Source of the DNA: Basidiobolus meristosporus CBS 931.73 | Taxonomy: Eukaryota > Fungi > Basidiobolomycota | Reading direction: 5' to 3' | DNA length: 64,000 nucleotides | Assembly: GCA_002104905.1 (NCBI GenBank) | Contig: MCFE01000119.1 | Location: forward strand, 98,365 to 162,364 | Shown: in pieces, positions 26,401 to 36,556 of the stretch | Layout: every line of letters begins with the position of its first letter | How positions within the stretch are numbered: the first letter of the stretch is position 1 | The notes under the pieces: generated by a model | Databases searched by the model: none | What the model saw: only the letters and a program-made list of their open reading frames with translations | Told to the model about the DNA's origin: nothing | Position numbers and translations under genes: made by a program

Positions 26401-28111
26401 CTGGGGGATCAATTTTCACTCCAGAAATTAGCTGATCTTTGATCATTTTACGCAAATAATCAAAATTGATGTGTCCAAATCTCCTGTGCCAAAGCATTGG
26501 TGTTTCTTCATTTAAGTTACTTATATTGGCTTCCAGATATGATGGAATATAAGTCAACTTGTATAGGTTCTGATCTCTGATGCCCGAAGCAATATGGGCA
26601 CCATTTTGATCAGTGATCCTGCATCCAGAATTGTCAAAACTGAAACTGAGTCCTTCTGCTGTGGCCTTGCTTACAGAGAGTAGGTTCTTGGCTATTTCTG
26701 GTACATAGAGTACTTCTTTAAAGGTCAGTGTATGGCTTCCTTCACTGCTTCTAAGGTTTACTTGGATAGTTCCTTCTCCCACTGCATCAAGTGTTCTATC
26801 GTCACCCATGAAAACCTTCTTGATTGGAATTTCTTGATATTGGGTAAAAAGTTCTTTTTGGTGTGTAAAGTGCTGAGAAGCTCCAGAGTCAATATACCAC
26901 GTCTGAGAATCCTTGTTTGTGGTCATATTTAGTGCAGATATGAATAGTCTATCTTCAGTTGTTACAGCATTTCCATATTCAGGCTTCTTTTGCTGATAAT
27001 CTCTCTTTTTGAAACACCGGTCTGATGTGTGTCCTTTCCTTTTGCAGTAGTTGCAAAATAGGTTGCTGTTGCCTTTGTAGGGTCTTGGGTACCTCCTTTG
27101 TTGGTTATCATTGCTTATTAAAGCATTTTCTTCTTCCTTCTTATTGGTGCTTGATTTTCTTAATTCTTCATCCAGGAGCCTTCCATATACGTAATTTAAG
27201 GTCAAATCTTCAGTTCTGGACTCTAGGGCTGATACAAGGCTCTGAAACTCGTCTGTCAGGCTATTCAGGATGGTAACTATCACATCCTCATCAGTAGTTG
27301 GTACGCCCACAGATTCCATCTCATCTACCAGCAGGGTAATTCTGTTAATTAGATTTTTCATTTCTTCTCCTGGCAGCATCTTTGTAGTAAAGAATTTTCT
27401 TCTCAGATACATTTTCTTGGCAGCTGAACATGACTGGTAGGTGTCTTCTAATGCTTTCCAGGCATTCTTTGCCGTTTTTGCTCTTGAGCATTGAATTAGC
27501 AATTTGTCCTTGACATTAAGGCAAATGCAGTTAAAGGCACTTTGTTCTTTCTTCTGGTACTTTAAGGCTTCCTCTCCCACGTTTTTAGGAGGGCATTCTT
27601 CTCCCATGACAATATCCCAAAGGCCTCTTTCTTGCAGCAGCATCTTCATCTTCACCTTCCACACTTGGTAGTTAGATCCATCCAACTTTTCAGCAGAGGG
27701 AAAAATTCCAGTAATAGCAGTAGTAGACATTGCAGAGAGTGACAGCTCGGGGCTCATAACCTGTTGTAAGAGTCTTGGAGATATTGGAAGTGATTGGGAG
27801 AACAAGTAGATTATGTGGTTTTCACTTAATGATTTATTGAATGTAAAAGTAGTATTTATACTTTTACATGGTCTTGGCATTACAAACACGTAGAATAGGT
27901 TAAGGAAGGTCCCAAGAACATGTGTGCAAAGTTTGGGGCTGTTTGGACAACTTTGAGAATTTTCATGTTCTGGGTACCTGGTATTTTGGTGAAAATATTC
28001 TAAGTAAATCCCGACAAGGAATTTGGTCAGTATTCTCTAGGATTTGAAGATGATGATCTAAGTGACTAAGTTAGGTGAATATTTAGGTGGAAAATACGAA
28101 ATTTTACAACA
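23425..28111 (-). mobile_element. Intact full-length Ty1/Copia LTR retrotransposon, 4687 bp
   Basis: LTRs 23425-23774 and 27762-28111 (350 bp, identical by eye, TGTTGTAA...TTACAACA ends). TSD CTTTT at 23420-23424 and 28112-28116. PBS 27750-27761 and PPT next to 23775. Confidence 0.97.
23786..27757 (-). CDS. Copia Gag-Pol polyprotein (1323 aa from the PBS ATG; frame stays open to 27889)
   Basis: CCHC knuckle CNYCKRKGHTSDRC, protease WYIDSGASQH, GAG-pre-integrase LWHRRFGH..CEAC, rve HSDLCGP/RSDNGGEY/NGVAER, RT YKARLVAKGY/YVDD, RNase H YSDADWG/ADIFTK; IN precedes RT. Confidence 0.97.
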   Translation of the reverse strand: MSPELSLSAMSTTAITGIFPSAEKLDGSNYQVWKVKMKMLLQERGLWDIVMGEECPPKNVGEEALKYQKKEQSAFNCICLNVKDKLLIQCSRAKTAKNAWKALEDTYQSCSAAKKMYLRRKFFTTKMLPGEEMKNLINRITLLVDEMESVGVPTTDEDVIVTILNSLTDEFQSLVSALESRTEDLTLNYVYGRLLDEELRKSSTNKKEEENALISNDNQQRRYPRPYKGNSNLFCNYCKRKGHTSDRCFKKRDYQQKKPEYGNAVTTEDRLFISALNMTTNKDSQTWYIDSGASQHFTHQKELFTQYQEIPIKKVFMGDDRTLDAVGEGTIQVNLRSSEGSHTLTFKEVLYVPEIAKNLLSVSKATAEGLSFSFDNSGCRITDQNGAHIASGIRDQNLYKLTYIPSYLEANISNLNEETPMLWHRRFGHINFDYLRKMIKDQLISGVKIDPPAILEHCEACIYGKQARQPFKSSGLIKTKKKLDLIHSDLCGPMQNLSLGGMKYLITFIDDYTRYTWVYFMERKEEALSKLREFKAMVERETGEKIKKIRSDNGGEYTSKLFIHFCKIHGIKQETTVPYSPQQNGVAERANRSIIDMARSMIHDQKLSYDFWAESVATAVYLKNRSYNRILRDSTPFEAWYGYRPSAEHLRIFGCTAYAKKLAGNQSKFDPKSVKCIFLGYCNESKAYRLYNTEAKKLIKSRDVLFDENSKFSQKMTSDDDENLISSPPIVRIESEQNNENFFTPEDSTTVVQPESVPRNIPEVIIPVSNARRSNRTRNSPNYYINEGTNLAYAYSVHVDEPQTVKEALNSPQTKFWRSAMTEEYQALMENQTWDLVKLPINRKSIGCRWVFKTKYKADGTIERYKARLVAKGYSQTKGLDYTETFAPVAKFNSIRLILAIAAKYKFFIHQMDVKTAFLNGELDEDVYMDQPDGFVDQDNPHLVCKLKKSLYGLKQSPRAWNCKIDSYLESLSFKRSNADYSIYYKPDRANPVLLALYVDDLIIAANNLETLEETKSSLSKEFKMSDLGELSYYLGIKFSIDRSTQTITLSQSKYIQDILKKYKMEDCKPAATPMETNLNLVKTQPNQECLVPSESPDFPYQSMVGSLMYIMLGTRPDISYSVGVVSQHNQNYGSDHIAAVKRIFRYLKGTADICLRYTYKDSEQDLVGYSDADWGRNLEDRRSTTGYTFLYCKGAISWNSRKQPTVALSTTEAEYMAACEATKEAMWLRKLFTDLGLCQKTPITLFQDNQGCIQLGRNPTFHARTKHIDIRHHFIREAIENNLVSLVYCPTDEMIADIFTKPLARDKFEYLRSKLGLVSMNI

Positions 28112-29566
28112 CTTTTGTGAAAATTTTGAATTTTCACCAAATAGCACATCCCTGGACTTGATTAGCTTCTTTGCTTTGGTATTGTAGTGTATGTATGCTT
28201 TACTCTTGTTGCAGTAGCCCAAAAAGATGCATTTTATACTTTTTAGCCCACATTTTGTCTGATTTCTGGGCAGTTTCTTGGCATATGCTGTACACCCATA
28301 TATTCTTGGATGTTCTGCATTTGGTCAGTATCCATACCATGCTTCCAATGGAGTTGAGTCACAAAGTATTCTGTTATAAATCCTATTTTAAGGTATATAG
28401 CTGTGGCAACTGATTCCACCCAAAAATAATAGGATAATATTTGATCATGGATCATAGATCTTGTCATATCAATTATTGTTCTGTTTGCACATTCCGCTAC
28501 TCCATTTTGCTGTGGGGAGTATGGTACAATAGTCTCTTGCTTTATCCCATGAACTTTGTAGAAGTGGATGAATAGTTTTGAGGTATATTGTCCACCATTG
28601 TCAAAGCATATTTTATTGATTTTTCACTAGTTTCTCTCTCTACCATGGCTTTAAACTCCCTGAAGTTAAACAGGGCTTCTTCCTTTCTCTCCATGAAGTA
28701 GACCCATGTGCATCCTGTATAATCATCAATAAAAGCAATTGAATACATCATCCTGCCTAAGGATAAATATTGCATAGGTCCGCACAAATCTGAGTGAATT
28801 AGATTTAATTTTCTCTTAGTTTTAACTAACCCAGAGCTCTTGAACAGTTGTCTGGCTTGTTTCCAAGATATGCAGGCTTCACAGTGCTTCAAACTAGCTG
28901 GGAGATTAATTTTTACTCCGGAAATTAGCTGATCTTTAATCATTTTGCGCAAGTAATCAAAATTGATGTACCCAAATATCCTGTGCCAAAGCATTGGTGT
29001 ATCTTCATTTAAGTTACTTATATTGGCTTCCAGATGTGATGGAATATAAGTCAACTTGTATAGATTCTGATCTCTGATACTCCAAGCAATATGGGCACCA
29101 TTTTGATCAGTAATACTGCTTCTAGAATTGTCAAAGCTGAAACTTAGTCCTGCTGCTGTGTCCTTGCTTACAGATAGCAGGTTCTTGGCTATTTCTGGTA
29201 CATAGAGTACTTCTTTAAAGGTCAGTGTACGGCTTCCTTCACTGCTTCTAAGGCTTACTTGGATAGTTCCTTCTCCCACTGCTTCAAGTGTTCAATTGTC
29301 ACCCATGAAAACCTTCTTAATTGGAATTTCTTGGTATTGGGTAAAAAATTCCTTTTGGTGTGCAAAGTGTTGAGATGCTCCAGAGTCAGTGTACCACATC
29401 TGAGAATCCTTGTTTGTGGTCACATTTAGTGCAGATATGAATAGTCTATCTTCAGTTGTTGCTGCATTTCTGTATTCAGGCTTTTTCTGCTAACTATCTC
29501 TCTTTTTGAAGCACCAATCCAATGTGTGTCCTTTCCTTTTGCAGTAGTTACAAAACAGGTTGCTGT

Positions 29567-29915
29567 TGTTGTAAAAATTTGTATTTCCACCTAAATATTC
29601 ACCTAACTTAGTCACTTAGATCATCACCTTCAAATCCTAGAGAATACTGACCAAATTCCTTGTTGGGATTTACTTAGAATATTTTCACCAAAATGCCAGG
29701 TACCCAGAACATGAAAATTCTCAAAGTTGTCCAAACAGCCCCAAACTTTGCACACATGTTCTTGGGACCTTCCTTAACCTATTCTATGTGTTTGTAATGC
29801 CAAGACCAGGTAAAAGTATAAATACTACTTTTACATTCAATAAATCATTAAGTGAAAACCACATAATCTACTTGTTCTCCAAATCACTTCCAATATCTCC
29901 AAGACTCTTACAACA
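29567..29915 (+). mobile_element. Copia solo LTR
   Basis: 349-bp LTR flanked by TSD GCTGT (29562-29566, 29916-29920), inserted antisense in the gag of the old Copia, with no internal sequence. Confidence 0.93.
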
Positions 29916-30962
29916 GCTGTTGCCTTTGAAAGGCCTTGGGTACCTCCTTTGCTGGTTATCACTGCTTGTCAAAGCATTTCCTTTTTCCTTTGAATTGGTG
30001 CTTGATTTTCTTAATTCTTCATCCAGGAGCCTTCCATATACTTAATTTAAGGTCAAATCTTCAGTTCTGGACTCTAGGGCTGATACAAGGCCCTGAGACC
30101 TCTCTGTTAGGCTATTCAGTATGGTAACTATCACATCCTCATAAGTAGTTGGTATGCCCACAGATTCCATCTCATCTACAAGCAGGGTAATTCTGTTAAT
30201 TAGATTTCTCATTTCCTCTCCTGGCTGCATCTGTGTAGTAAAGAATTTTTGTCTCAGATACATTCTCTTAGTAGCTGAACATGACTGGTAGGTGTCTTCT
30301 AATGCCTTCCAGGCATTCTGTGCTGTTTTTGCTCTTGAGCATTAAATTAGCAATTTGTCTTTAATATTAAGGCAAATGCAGTTGAAGGCACTTTGTTCTT
30401 TCTTCTGGTACTTTAAGGCTTCCTCTCCCACGTTTTTAGGAGGGCATTCTTCTCCCATGACAATATCCCAGAGGCCTCTTTCTTGCAGCAGCATCTTCAT
30501 CTTCACCTTCTATACTTGGTAGTTAGATCCATCCAACTTTTCAGCAGAGGGAAAAATTCCAGTAATAGCAGAAATGGACATTGCAGAGAGTGGCAACTTG
30601 GGGCTCATAACCTGTTGTAAGAGTCTTGGAGATATTGGAAGTGATTGGGAGGACATGTAGATAATGTGGTTTTCACTTAATGATTTATTGAATGTAAAAG
30701 TAGTATTTATACTTTTACCTGGTCTTGGCATTACAAACACGTAAAATAGGTTAAGGAAGGTCCCAAGAGCATGTGCACAAAGTTTGGGGCTGTTTGGACA
30801 ACTTTGAGAATTTTCATGTTCTGGGTACCTGGTATTTTGGTGAAAATTTTCTAAGTAAATCCCGACAAGGAATTTTGGTCAGTATTCTGGAGGATTTGAA
30901 GGTGATGATCTAAGTGACTAAGTTAGGTGAATATTTAGGTGGAAATACAAATTTTTACAACA

Positions 30963-31400
30963 CTTAGAACCATACAACTTTTCAGCATAGGGAAAATTCC
31001 AGTAATAGCAGTAGTATACTTGCAGAGAGTAACAGCTTGGGGCTCATAGCCTGTTGTTATAGTCTTGGAGATATTGGAAGCAACTTGGGAGGACAAGTAG
31101 ATTATGTGGTTTTCACTTAATGATTTATTGAATGTAAAAGTAGTATTTATACTTTTACATGGTCTTGGCATTATAAGCATGTAGATTAAGCTGAGGATGG
31201 TCCCAAAAATCTGTGTGCAAAGTTTGGGGCTGTTTGGACAACTTTGAGAATTTTCATGTTTTGGGTACCTGGTATTTTGGTGAAAATATTCTAAGCATGT
31301 CCCAACAAGGAATTTGGTCAGTATTCTCTAGGATTTGAAGGTAATGATCTAAGTGACCAAGTTAGGTGAATATTTAGGTGGAATTACAAATTTTTGCAAC
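30963..31400 (-). mobile_element. Further Copia gag start, PBS and 5' LTR relic
   Basis: GGCTCATAGCC followed by an LTR from ~31052 to ~31401, preceded by gag N-terminal sequence. Confidence 0.75.
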
Positions 31401-31699
31401 ACTAAGTGCCTGATGTTTTGGTGAGATTATTCCAAATAAATCCAAACAAGGAATTTGGTCAGAATTCTAAGATTTGTAGGTAACAATCTAAGTGACTAGG
31501 TAAGGTGATTGTTTATGTGTAGTTACAAAATTTATAACACTAACCTATTCAGGTATTGGTGTGCCTTTCCAAGATTTACCAATAGCTGCAAGGAGTAGAG
31601 CATCTCCAATATAGAGGTTGTGTAGCACATTAACCTTGGACATTTCTTTACTTTCCTTACCATCAGATCTTCACCTTCTGACATCACTATGGACCTTCT

Positions 31700-32298
31700 C
31701 AGAGCTTCTAAAAGGCAAGGCCTTTGTCTCCATCACAGTATCCCTTGATATTTTAGAGCTTCTTCTCCTTCACCTTTAGGAGGGCATTCTTCTCCCAGGA
31801 CAATAGCCCCAGGCCTCTTTTCTGCCAGATCATCATCTTCACCTTCCAGACTTGGTAATTTGACCCATCCAACTTCTCAGCCAAGGGTAAGATTCCAGTC
31901 ATAGCAGCAGTAGACATTCCAGAGAGTGACAGCGCAGGGTTCATAACATATTGCAGGAGTTTTGGAGATATTAGAAGTGATTGGGAGCACAAGTAGATCA
32001 CTCAGTTTCCACTTGATGATTTATTTGAATGTAAAAGTGGTATCTATGTTTTTACATGGACTTGGCAAGACGAACATGGAAAATAATGCTCGGGAAGGTC
32101 CGTAGAGCATGTGCGCCAAGTTTGGGGCTGTTTGGACAACTTCGAGAATTTCCCCTGGCCTGGGTGGCCGATACTTCGGGAAAATATTCCAAGTAAATCC
32201 CGGCAAGAAATTGGGGCAAGATATCGTAGGATTCACAAACTAAGATCTAAGCGACTAGGCGGATGGAATGTTTAGGAGTGATTACGGAATTCATAACA
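31700..32298 (-). mobile_element. Diverged, CpG-retaining Copia 5' LTR (31949-32298) with PBS and gag start
   Basis: 350-bp LTR colinear with the young LTR. PBS-like GCGCAGGGTTCATAAC. ORF 31753-32001 reads LAEKLDGSNYQVWKVKM. Confidence 0.8.
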
Positions 32299-33068
32299 GA
32301 GGAACCATGTATAGAGAGCGTGCTAACATGTGGGGAGATCTGGTTCCGACTCGGGTTGCAACATGACATATTAGGGTAGAGAGATAATCGAGTGTAGGGT
32401 GAAAAGGATTCAACTTGCGGTGGGTTTCGGTGGGACCCAACCACACCAACCCTCGAGCCATTGTTTGCCGGCGGAACACGGGGGACGCATTGAAACAGAT
32501 GCCCAGAGTCGAGGTGTTGACGAGGATTTGTCGACACTGGCATGCAAATTTCTTGGCGAGTATCCCAGATTAGGGCCGTCGGTTGGGTGGTATACTCCAA
32601 CGGCTGAATGGCTCAGGTGCCTGACTAGTAAGTCATACCATTCACCCTATCAATCAGCGACAACTCCACAACTCAGTCGGCGATAAGCCTATGTCTCACT
32701 GCTGCATCGCCCAACCAAAGATACGACCGCCAACGATCCTACCAAGCCCTTGACAAACCAGAAACTCCCAAGCTGATGGAACGGGTCTGGATCCGCTGGC
32801 ATGAGAGGCAAGCCCGGTCTGGACCTGAAGCTTTGTTGCCAGTCAACGTGGTCCACTTAGTACCTAGGAGGGGGGATATGATCGAACGTTGCGCCGATCA
32901 GAGAAGACGAGTTAATCTACCGTTATGACATCAGCATCCCACTAGTCTTGGTAAGACGTCCTGGGTGACTCAGCCGGCGGGAAGATTCGGTCGTGCCGAG
33001 ACTTTCCGTTCATGAGCTCGGGATATGGCTTGGAGAAGGCTGATGTTCTTGCATGGTTACGAGGATGG

Positions 33069-33790
33069 TCAGGCGACCGGAGGGATACCAGGTCGCTCGG
33101 AAGAGATGAGTCGATAGGAGGTGAAGAGAACGAAAGAGCCATCGGTGGCGATATGCCAGGACACAGATGCCTTGACTGATACGAAACCGATAACGGGGCA
33201 GGTCGGGTGGAGAAGGGAGTCGACCGATACCGTTGGAGAAGACATCGATTTGGGGGAACTCCCACCCTCCATGGGGAGAGACATCAGGAAACCGGCAGGG
33301 CATCCGGTTTGGTGAAATGGAAGCGACTTGGAGGAGTAACCATCGAGGGAATTTCGTGCGGTCACTGATTGCCATCACCATTTCGTCTGGTGTCCAGGTT
33401 GGCCAAGGTGGGACCGGTTTCCCAGGGATTTAGATTTGTTCAACCAAGGGGTAGAACGTCTTACCCTGCCTTGGACCATCGCTTCTCGCCATGCTTGATT
33501 CAAAGAAACGTGATGGCGATTTCATTGTGATTAGTGATTTAGGCGAGGCGTGCATTGAGCCTATCCATGAGTTACCAGGAACCAACCGATTCACCCACTG
33601 AATGACGTTCTCGGTGTGGTTGATGGGCAATAGCTGAGCTGAGCTGAGCTGACCCGAGTTAGCGTGAGCCAGGAACCGCTCGGCCCTCCCCCTTGAGACT
33701 CTATGACTCACTCCAGGGGACCAATGAACGCCCGGTCACCACAAAAATCCTGGAAAAGAGTGCCTGGAATGAAGAAATACTCATCGTGAG
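33069..33790 (-). CDS. Putative multi-exon gene of unknown function (boundaries uncertain)
   Basis: GC-rich, CpG-normal. Plausible introns GTGAGT..GCTAAC..CAG (~33712-33640), GTAAGA..CAG (~33460-33390), GTATCG..CAG (~33230-33180) join frames LLPINHTENVIQWVNRLVPGNSWIGSMH / DEMVMAISDRTKFPRW..WEFPQIDVF / VKASVSWHIATDGSF. No family recognised. Confidence 0.35.
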
Positions 33791-34424
33791 TCAATCACCA
33801 TGTTTGGCGGGTGATTTCCAAACCGGGTAACCCAACCCCCCCTTCCACTCCATATCCATACCTCCTGCCACAGGCAGGAGAATCCAACATCCACTCCCAC
33901 CCTGCTCAGTATGACTCAAACAATGGTCATGGTTACGTAGCGGGGTGGATGCTCGAATTCTTGGGTGTCAGTGGTTGTGCCACATGTGCTCCATCCTGGA
34001 CCAGACCGGACCGGGTCCAAGTCGAGAGCTTATGGTCGGGCCGGTCCAGTTCGGCTGAGGTTCATGAAATTATTTTATATGTTGAAAGAACTACAATACT
34101 GGCTTGGGGAACAGCTCAACAATCTATGGGTATGTCAATAATGTGAAGGGCGGATGTGAGTGAAAATGGGTATGATAAAAATACACAACTACGAAGTTCA
34201 GGAAGGTGAGGGTGAGGGTGAAGGTGAAGGTAGGGTAGAGGAGGAGGAGAAATGGTGTAGGAATGCCTCTCACATCAGTTAGCCGAAGCAAAGGGAAAAC
34301 GAGTCAAGTGTACATGAACCAGCAGCAGGAGTGGATGGTGGTGAGGTGGTGATGGTGCTGCTGCTACTGCTACTGTCGCTGATGATGGTGAGAGTGGACG
34401 ACTCAGTCGAGAGAAGAATCCAAC

Positions 34425-35439
34425 CTATGGGGAGGCTGAAGGTGAAGGGAGCTGAAACACTGGCTGGTGCTTGGATGCTGGTTCGGATTTCCTTTGGCGA
34501 TGTTTCTGTGCCTTGACCCGTAGCATGGCGACGAGCTCTTGTGTGTTGAGGGTAGAGCTGAGAGTAGGGTACGGGCCAGAGTGGGCGTGGGGTCTGCGTT
34601 TGATGGAGTGTAAAGCCTGGCCGGCAGGCTTGACCGAGGCATTACGCTTCTCTTTGATGGTTTGGATGAACTTCATACACATGTTGGACCAGCTGGTGAA
34701 GATTGGAAGGGAGACGAATAGACGATAGTCGATCATGCGAAGGAACGCATTCTCATTGATGTTGATATCGGCCACGTTCAAGCCAAGGGTCTTGGCCCAG
34801 ACCCCGTTGGTGTAGTTTCTGTCCTGAAGAAACTTCGAGGCCAGGATCAGTGCGGCAAGAAACATCCGTCTGGCGCACAACACGCGACCCATCAACGACT
34901 CGTCCAATCCCGGTGTGGCCGAGTCGTCTTGGGCGGACATGGGTTTTCGAAGGGTTTTTAATTGGGAAGATTTTCTTAAATTCAAGATATGCTCCTTAAT
35001 TCGGAACACGTAGAGTAATGCGGTTAATAAAGTACAATAGCTTGATTGACTACGTTTAATGGTCTCCTGAACGAAAAGGTTCAAGGGTAAAACGTTGTTC
35101 TCGGCACTGGGCTTTCCCCAGATGTTTCCGAGGATCTCGGCGGTGACGTCTGTTGGGAGGTTTGGTTAGCAAAAGGACGGGGTTGGCGGGAAGTGGAAGA
35201 GGTGGCAACTTACCAATCAGATCCCGCACGAGCTCGACTTTTTTCGGGGTGGTCATCGAGGCGTAGTTGAGCACATCGAAGCTGTCCTCGGTTCGGGCTG
35301 TGGTTTCGGGGACTGAAGAGGGCCAGGAGGGCCATGAATGGGATGGAGTATTGACAGAGGTGGTCACCGGGGGGATGTTTGATGAGCAAGCATGATTAAA
35401 ATTAAATGTAAAACTATTGACAAAAGCGACCGAAGACAT
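34425..35439 (-). CDS. PHO80/PCL-family cyclin (2 exons; intron ~35146-35209)
   Basis: Cyclin box LCARRMFLAALILASKFLQDRNYTNGVWAKTLGL...ENAFLRMIDYRLFV. ATG at 35439. Intron GTAAGT..GCTAAC..CAG joins RDLI to DVTAEILGNIW in frame. The 3' end could be longer. Confidence 0.85.
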
Positions 35440-36493
35440 ATTTGACAGGAGATATCAAAAACAAAGAGGAATATTCAAAGAAACGTTGGAATCTTTGCTA
35501 GGTGTGCCGGTCACTGGTTATATACATGCCGGATTTGGGAGGGCTGCACGCCCATTGGCTGGAAAGCCCCGTGATTAGTTGATTGGAAATCTGCCACTTC
35601 CTGGATTGTCAAAAAAGCTCATTCAGACTCAGGATGATTCGTACGAATCGCCTTGGTTTTCTGGATTTTTTCTCCCCCCAAATTAGTGTGAGAACATGGC
35701 GACTTTTTTACAACCCCATAGGGATAGAGTTCCTTCCCACACACAATGGTGGTGCCAGAAAAATCCCTAGGCCCGGCCTTGTCCCACATGGCAGCAGTGA
35801 AGTGTGAAAATTCGTCAGAATCCAAGATAATTCGCTCGGATCCCACCACTTGCCCATTTGCCCATTTGCCCCTTCACACACTTGATTACGAAAATCTCGG
35901 TCACTTCACACACTTTATTACTCAATGATCGTGGTGATGAGCAACCCTTAGTCAACGTGAAAATCAGTGGATTTAGCGGAATCACCACCAACCTGGCTTT
36001 ATTGGTCCTATCAGAACCCTACAGCAATCCTGCGAGATTGGAATCCCCGTGTTTTCTCCAGCAATAAGATGGACGCGACCTCCTTAATCTCCAGTAACCA
36101 TGATGATAGGATGTTGCGTCGCATCGTTTTGGTCGCATTGAGCTTAGGGATCCACAGGTGATGGGTGTGATGGGTGATAGACCATCATCGGATTGCTTAA
36201 GTTTGAAATTGGAAATTTCCATTATGTGCTTCAGCTTGGTAGTTCCCAGTTGGGCTAGTTTCTGCCATCACTCCTTATCCCCCTTTTCATGGATAAGTGG
36301 ACTGTTAACCAGACACCGTAGTGTTTTTTATCGTGAGTGTGTCGCGTAACGTCTCTCTCAACCGACGTCACCTCAACAAAACCGCCGCACCTCTGCAAAC
36401 AAGCTGCAGTACCGCCGTTACGAAAGGGTTCACAAATAAAGATTGGACGTGCGTACGGGGCACCTCTGGAATACAATATAGTTCGATTCTCCT

Positions 36494-36494
36494 C

Positions 36495-36532
<38 letters not shown>
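36494..36532. repeat. (CA)n microsatellite
   Basis: CACACATACACATACACACACACACACACACACACACAC, about 25 bp upstream of the ATG at 36557. Confidence 0.95.
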
Positions 36533-36556
36533 TACCGACACTCTGCAGCAATCCCA

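Larger units (their letters stand above)
5772..30962 (-). mobile_element. Old Ty1/Copia host element expanded to ~25 kb by nested insertions (3' LTR 5772-6121; body 6122-6210, 21420-23424, 28112-29566, 29916-30612; 5' LTR 30613-30962)
   Basis: Body pieces rejoin colinearly once the inserts bounded by TSDs AATAT, CTTTT and GCTGT are removed. PBS at 30601-30612 and PPT at 6122-6131. An RT segment is duplicated (~22237-22500 vs ~22510-22760) and the outer TSD is not clean, so it could be two recombined copies. Confidence 0.7.

Noticed and set aside
24133-27276. Short antisense and alternate-frame ORFs recurring in every Copia copy (MLRLVAF.., MCVLSFC.., MASFTAS..)
   Set aside because: Shadows of the Gag-Pol ORF, repeated only because the copies are near-identical; no independent coding evidence.
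5767-30967. Outer TSD for the old minus Copia (TTAGG/TTTAG vs CTTAG)
   Set aside because: No exact match, and the two flanks derive from different parts of other Copia relics.
33478-33495. ATCGCTTCTCG resembling the U2 snRNA 5' end
   Set aside because: The similarity stops after ~11 nt; no branch-recognition sequence or Sm site follows.
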